Shown here: positions 47,308-51,121 of the stretch, one piece after another | Layout: the number at the start of each line of letters is the position of its first letter | How positions within the stretch are numbered: the stretch's first letter is position 1 | Position numbers and translations under genes: made by a program | The notes under the pieces: generated by a model | The model's database searches: none | Told to the model about the DNA's origin: nothing | The model's input: the letters and a program-made list of their open reading frames with translations, nothing else | Source: an uncultured bacterium | GTDB taxonomy: Bacteria; Bacteroidota; Bacteroidia; Bacteroidales; Muribaculaceae | Length of the DNA stretch: 51,121 bases | Assembly (NCBI GenBank): GCA_946184715.1 | Contig: CAMHGU010000001.1 | Coordinates: 1 to 51,121 of the forward strand | Direction of reading: 5' to 3'

Positions 47308-49773
47308 ATGCAAGAGCAAGATATAGCCCTCGTCGAGCCGCAGCGTGAAGAGGCCGAAAACCCGAGTGCGTTTTCTATTAAAGAGTTCCTCCTCGCCTGT
47401 AAGCATTATTGGTATTGGTTTGTAATCACCGCGGTGCTGGGCGGTGTGCTGATGTTTATTTATTCGCGCACGCAGCCTATGCGCTACGTCTCCTTTGCCT
47501 ATATCCTCGTCAAGAACGACAAAACCTCGGGCAACATCTCCGAGAATTCGCTCTTTACCGACCTCGGCATCATCGACCGCTCCCAGACGGTGCAAAACGA
47601 AATCTACGTAATCCGCTCCACACAGCTGCTCGAGCAGGTGGTGAACCGTCTCAATATCGACGTATCGTACTACGTGGAGCCGCATCTGCGCCGCATCAAC
47701 ATCTACAAGTCATCGCCCATTGAGGTTAAATTCCTCAAGGAGATTCCTCGCTCGGGAATTACGGTTTATGTCAACCTCGTCGACGACACACAGTGTCAAT
47801 ATCGCTTCTCCACCGAAGACGACTGGGCTACCGCCAAGTACGGCCAGAGCATCGAGTCGCCCAAAGGCCCGATGCTGATCACGCGCTCACCGGCCTACCG
47901 CTCCGATACTGAATACGAGGAGATTATCGCTGTGGCCGAGAACCCGCGCCGCAAAGCCGAGCACATGTGGGACCGCCTCACGGTCAAGAAAGCTTCGCAG
48001 GAGACGAGCGTAATCTCGCTCCAATATGATGGCGACAACTATCAAGAGTGCTGCGACATCCTCAATGCCCTCATCGATGTGTACAATCAGGATGGCATCA
48101 ACGATAAGAACCGCGTGGCGCAAAACACCGAGAACTTCATCATCGAGCGTATCGCCTCTCTCGGCAAGTCGCTCGGCGGCATTGACTCGGAGATAGCGCA
48201 AATCAAGATTCGCAACAATGTGCCCGACATCGGCTCGGCCGCCGGCAGTTACCTCAGCAGCAGCGAACGCTACTACGACGATGCCGCCCAGCTCGAGACC
48301 CAGCTCTCGCTCGTCCGCTACATTCGCGACTACCTGCGCGACGACCGTAACAAGAATGCGCTTATCCCCTCCAATACCGGCATCAACGACCTCGGCATCG
48401 AAGGTCTAATCTCTACCTACAACGAAGAGGCCGTCAAGTATAACAAACTCGCTGCCGGCTCCAGTGCCGACAACCCCTGGACTCTCGAGCAGGAAAAGAC
48501 GCTCGCCACGCTTCACGCCAATATCGTGCGCTCAGTCGATAACCTCTACAGCACTCTCTCTATCAAGCTTCGCCAAGCGCAGGCCCAAGAGAGCATAGCT
48601 CGGGCTAAAGTGTCGTCGGTACCGGCACAAGAGCAGCAGATTACCGATGTGCTTCGCCAGCAGAAAATCAAGGAGGACCTCTATCTCTACCTCCTCAACA
48701 AGCGCGAGGAGAATGCGCTCCGCCTCGCTATCGCCGAGCCTAACGCCAAAATCCTCGAATACGCCGGCGGCGATGAAACGCCTTATGGCGCGGCCGACCG
48801 CCGCAACGTGATGATGGGCATCATCATCGGCCTTATTATCCCGGCCATCATCATCTATCTGATAATGTGGATCCGCTCCCTCGACACCAAAATTCACGGC
48901 GCCAGCGACATCGAGACAGGCTCCTCAATTCCGTTCCTCGGCGAAGTGCCTCTCAAAGAGAAGGAGTACGAGGACAAAGAGCTTGTCGTCTCGGAAAACG
49001 GCACCGACCGTGTCTCGGAGGCTATGCGCATCATCTACAACAACTTCGAGTATGTCACCGACAAGAATCGCGAGGGTGGGGCGGTTGTTCAAGTCACCTC
49101 CACTATCCCCGGCGAAGGCAAGAGCTTCATCACTGCCAATCTCGCTATGTCGCTCGCTCTGGCCGGAAACCGCGTCATCTTGCTCGACCTCGACTTGCGC
49201 AAAGGCAACATCTCCAAGACCCTGGGTATCAAGGGCCGCCACGGCCTCAGCGGTTATCTGTCAGGGCGTAACACCGACCTCGACCAAATCATTATCCACG
49301 GCATTGCCGACGGCAAGGGTAAGATTTGCGAGAATCTCGACGCTATCAGCATAGGCACCGTGCCGCCCAACCCTGTCGCCTTGATTATGAGTGAGCGATT
49401 CGACGACCTCATCGCCACGCTCCGCGCCCGCTACGACTATGTGGTATTCGATACCGTTCCTTACAACATCATCGCCGATGCAGCTATCATCAACAAGCAG
49501 GCCGATGTCACAATATATGTAATCCGCGCCGAGATGATCGACCGCCGATTCCTCACCGACCTCGACCGTATGTATCGCGAGCATAAGATTAATAATATGT
49601 GTACGCTCCTCACCGGCGTCGATGTCGAGAAGTCTTATTATGGCTATGGCTCGCCCTATGGCTACAAGTATGGCGGCCGATACGGCTCTTATGGCTACCG
49701 CTACGGCTACGGCCGCGAAGGCGAGCGTAAGTCGAAAAAGAAGAAGTTCAACATCTTCGGCATATTTTCCTGA
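47308..49773 (+). CDS. Polysaccharide co-polymerase / tyrosine autokinase (Wzc/GumC-type)
   Basis: Wzz-like N-terminal half with two TM segments and coiled coils. The cytoplasmic P-loop domain carries TSTIPGEGKSF. The C-terminal Tyr cluster is YYGYGSPYGYKYGGRYGSYGYRYGYG. Confidence 0.88.
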   Translation: MQEQDIALVEPQREEAENPSAFSIKEFLLACKHYWYWFVITAVLGGVLMFIYSRTQPMRYVSFAYILVKNDKTSGNISENSLFTDLGIIDRSQTVQNEIYVIRSTQLLEQVVNRLNIDVSYYVEPHLRRINIYKSSPIEVKFLKEIPRSGITVYVNLVDDTQCQYRFSTEDDWATAKYGQSIESPKGPMLITRSPAYRSDTEYEEIIAVAENPRRKAEHMWDRLTVKKASQETSVISLQYDGDNYQECCDILNALIDVYNQDGINDKNRVAQNTENFIIERIASLGKSLGGIDSEIAQIKIRNNVPDIGSAAGSYLSSSERYYDDAAQLETQLSLVRYIRDYLRDDRNKNALIPSNTGINDLGIEGLISTYNEEAVKYNKLAAGSSADNPWTLEQEKTLATLHANIVRSVDNLYSTLSIKLRQAQAQESIARAKVSSVPAQEQQITDVLRQQKIKEDLYLYLLNKREENALRLAIAEPNAKILEYAGGDETPYGAADRRNVMMGIIIGLIIPAIIIYLIMWIRSLDTKIHGASDIETGSSIPFLGEVPLKEKEYEDKELVVSENGTDRVSEAMRIIYNNFEYVTDKNREGGAVVQVTSTIPGEGKSFITANLAMSLALAGNRVILLDLDLRKGNISKTLGIKGRHGLSGYLSGRNTDLDQIIIHGIADGKGKICENLDAISIGTVPPNPVALIMSERFDDLIATLRARYDYVVFDTVPYNIIADAAIINKQADVTIYVIRAEMIDRRFLTDLDRMYREHKINNMCTLLTGVDVEKSYYGYGSPYGYKYGGRYGSYGYRYGYGREGERKSKKKKFNIFGIFS

Positions 49774-49786
49774 TTCCCGCTAAGCT

Positions 49787-51106
49787 ATGAAGATTGCTAT
49801 TGTAGGAACCGGCTACGTGGGCCTCGTCACCGGTACTTGCTTCGCCGAGACGGGCGTCGATGTCACTTGTGTCGACATTGACAGCCGCAAAGTCGAGATG
49901 CTGCGCCGTGGCGAGATGCCTATCTACGAGCCGGGCCTCGCCGAGATGGCGCAGCGTAATATGAAGCTGCGACGCCTCCATTTCGAAACCGACCTCACCA
50001 CCGTGCTCCCCGATGTCGATATCGTCTTTATCGCCGTAGGCACTCCTCCCAATCCGGTCACAGGCGCCGCCGATATGCGATATGTTCACGAAGTGGCAAC
50101 CACTATCGGTAGCGCGCTCGATCATTATGTGGTGGTAGTCACCAAAAGCACTGTCCCGGTGGGCACTTCGCGTGAGATTACCGCGATTATACGCCGACAG
50201 CTGCAGCTGCGTGGCGCTGAGGTGGAGTTCGACGTCGCTTCCAATCCCGAGTTCCTTAAGGAAGGAGCGGCAATCAAAGACTTTATGAGCCCCGACCGCG
50301 TGGTCATCGGCTGCGACAGCGACCGCGCAAAGCGTATGATGACTAAGCTGTATAAGCCTTTTATGCTCAATAGCTTCCGTGTCATTTTTATGGACGTGGC
50401 TTCGGCCGAGATGACCAAATATGCTGCCAATGCTATGCTCGCCACTCGCATCAGCTTCATCAACGACATCGCCAACCTTTGCGAGCGCGTCGGTGCCGAC
50501 GTCAATATGGTGCGCAAAGGTATCACAAGTGATGCCCGCATAGGCTCCAAATTCCTCTATCCCGGCTGTGGCTATGGCGGCTCTTGCTTCCCTAAGGATG
50601 TCAAAGCGCTTATCCGCACTGCCGCCGAAAATGGTATGTCACTCAAGCTGATCGAAGCCGTTGAAGATGTCAACGAGCGCCAGAAGCATATCCTTTTTGC
50701 CAAAGCGTCGGCTCACACCGACTTGCGGGGCAAACGCATTGCCATCTGGGGCCTGTCGTTCAAGCCCGAGACCGACGACATTCGTGAGGCTCCGGCTTTA
50801 GTCCTCATCGACGAGCTGCTCGCCGCCGGGGCCGTGCCACGCGTCTACGACCCAATCGCGATGCCCGAGGTGCAACGGCGCTATGCCGACCGCCTGGAGT
50901 ATGCCTGCGATATGTACGATGCCGTCCTTGATGCCGATATGCTCATCGTCGTCACCGAGTGGAAAGAATTCCGCGTTCCCTCCTGGCAAGTAGTGGCAAA
51001 AGCTATGCGCGCACCGGTAGTCATCGACGGACGCAACATCTACGACCCCGATGAGATGCGCGACCTCGGCTTCACCTATTATATGATAGGCCGAGCCACC
51101 ACCTGA
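49787..51106 (+). CDS. ugd: UDP-glucose 6-dehydrogenase
   Basis: N-terminal Rossmann motif IAIVGTGYVGLVTG and catalytic Cys context GYGGSCFPKD. Length is 439 aa. Confidence 0.92.
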   Translation: MKIAIVGTGYVGLVTGTCFAETGVDVTCVDIDSRKVEMLRRGEMPIYEPGLAEMAQRNMKLRRLHFETDLTTVLPDVDIVFIAVGTPPNPVTGAADMRYVHEVATTIGSALDHYVVVVTKSTVPVGTSREITAIIRRQLQLRGAEVEFDVASNPEFLKEGAAIKDFMSPDRVVIGCDSDRAKRMMTKLYKPFMLNSFRVIFMDVASAEMTKYAANAMLATRISFINDIANLCERVGADVNMVRKGITSDARIGSKFLYPGCGYGGSCFPKDVKALIRTAAENGMSLKLIEAVEDVNERQKHILFAKASAHTDLRGKRIAIWGLSFKPETDDIREAPALVLIDELLAAGAVPRVYDPIAMPEVQRRYADRLEYACDMYDAVLDADMLIVVTEWKEFRVPSWQVVAKAMRAPVVIDGRNIYDPDEMRDLGFTYYMIGRATT

Positions 51107-51121
51107 CACCCGCCAATCCCC

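Overview
The window looks like a high-GC Bacteroidales-type chromosome. Evidence is SusC/SusD genes, lipoproteins with acidic residues after the lipobox Cys, T9SS C-terminal sorting domains, and TAnnTTTG promoter boxes. Hand-counted 100-nt samples give about 64-68 % G+C in housekeeping genes. I saw no rRNA, tRNA, CRISPR array, integrase or transposase.

Gene content, left to right:
- PBP1A, a DUF3667-like zinc-ribbon membrane protein (minus strand), and valS.
- An AT-rich two-gene zeta-toxin-like module placed directly after valS.
- A Hanks-type Ser/Thr kinase fused to Sel1 repeats and a C-terminal TM anchor.
- A five-gene SusC/SusD locus with no glycoside hydrolase: SusC, SusD, an HExxH lipoprotein, a DUF4302-like lipoprotein and a T9SS cargo protein.
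- A minus-strand acyltransferase plus CapD/WbpM-type dehydratase pair, with unusual short-period tandem repeats at both ends.
- A tightly packed six-gene block (22.5-32.1 kb) at the centre of the window. It has four surface-type lipoproteins built from DUF4493-like, BACON, Fn3-like and PCMD-like modules, plus two paralogous beta-barrel candidates. No enzyme, transporter or regulator is recognisable.
- Two paralogous secreted proteins that differ in their C-terminal address tag: dockerin-like versus T9SS CTD.
- A P-type Ca2+-ATPase and pdxA.
- An inositol-phosphate/inositol-lipid cluster: NTP-transferase, ATP-grasp, CDP-alcohol phosphatidyltransferase, HAD hydrolase and myo-inositol-1-phosphate synthase.
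- The start of an exopolysaccharide locus: esterase, acyltransferase, Wzc-type tyrosine autokinase and UDP-glucose 6-dehydrogenase.

The best candidate for an undescribed system is the 22.5-36.1 kb surface-protein region. All family names come from motif recognition by eye, not from database searches.
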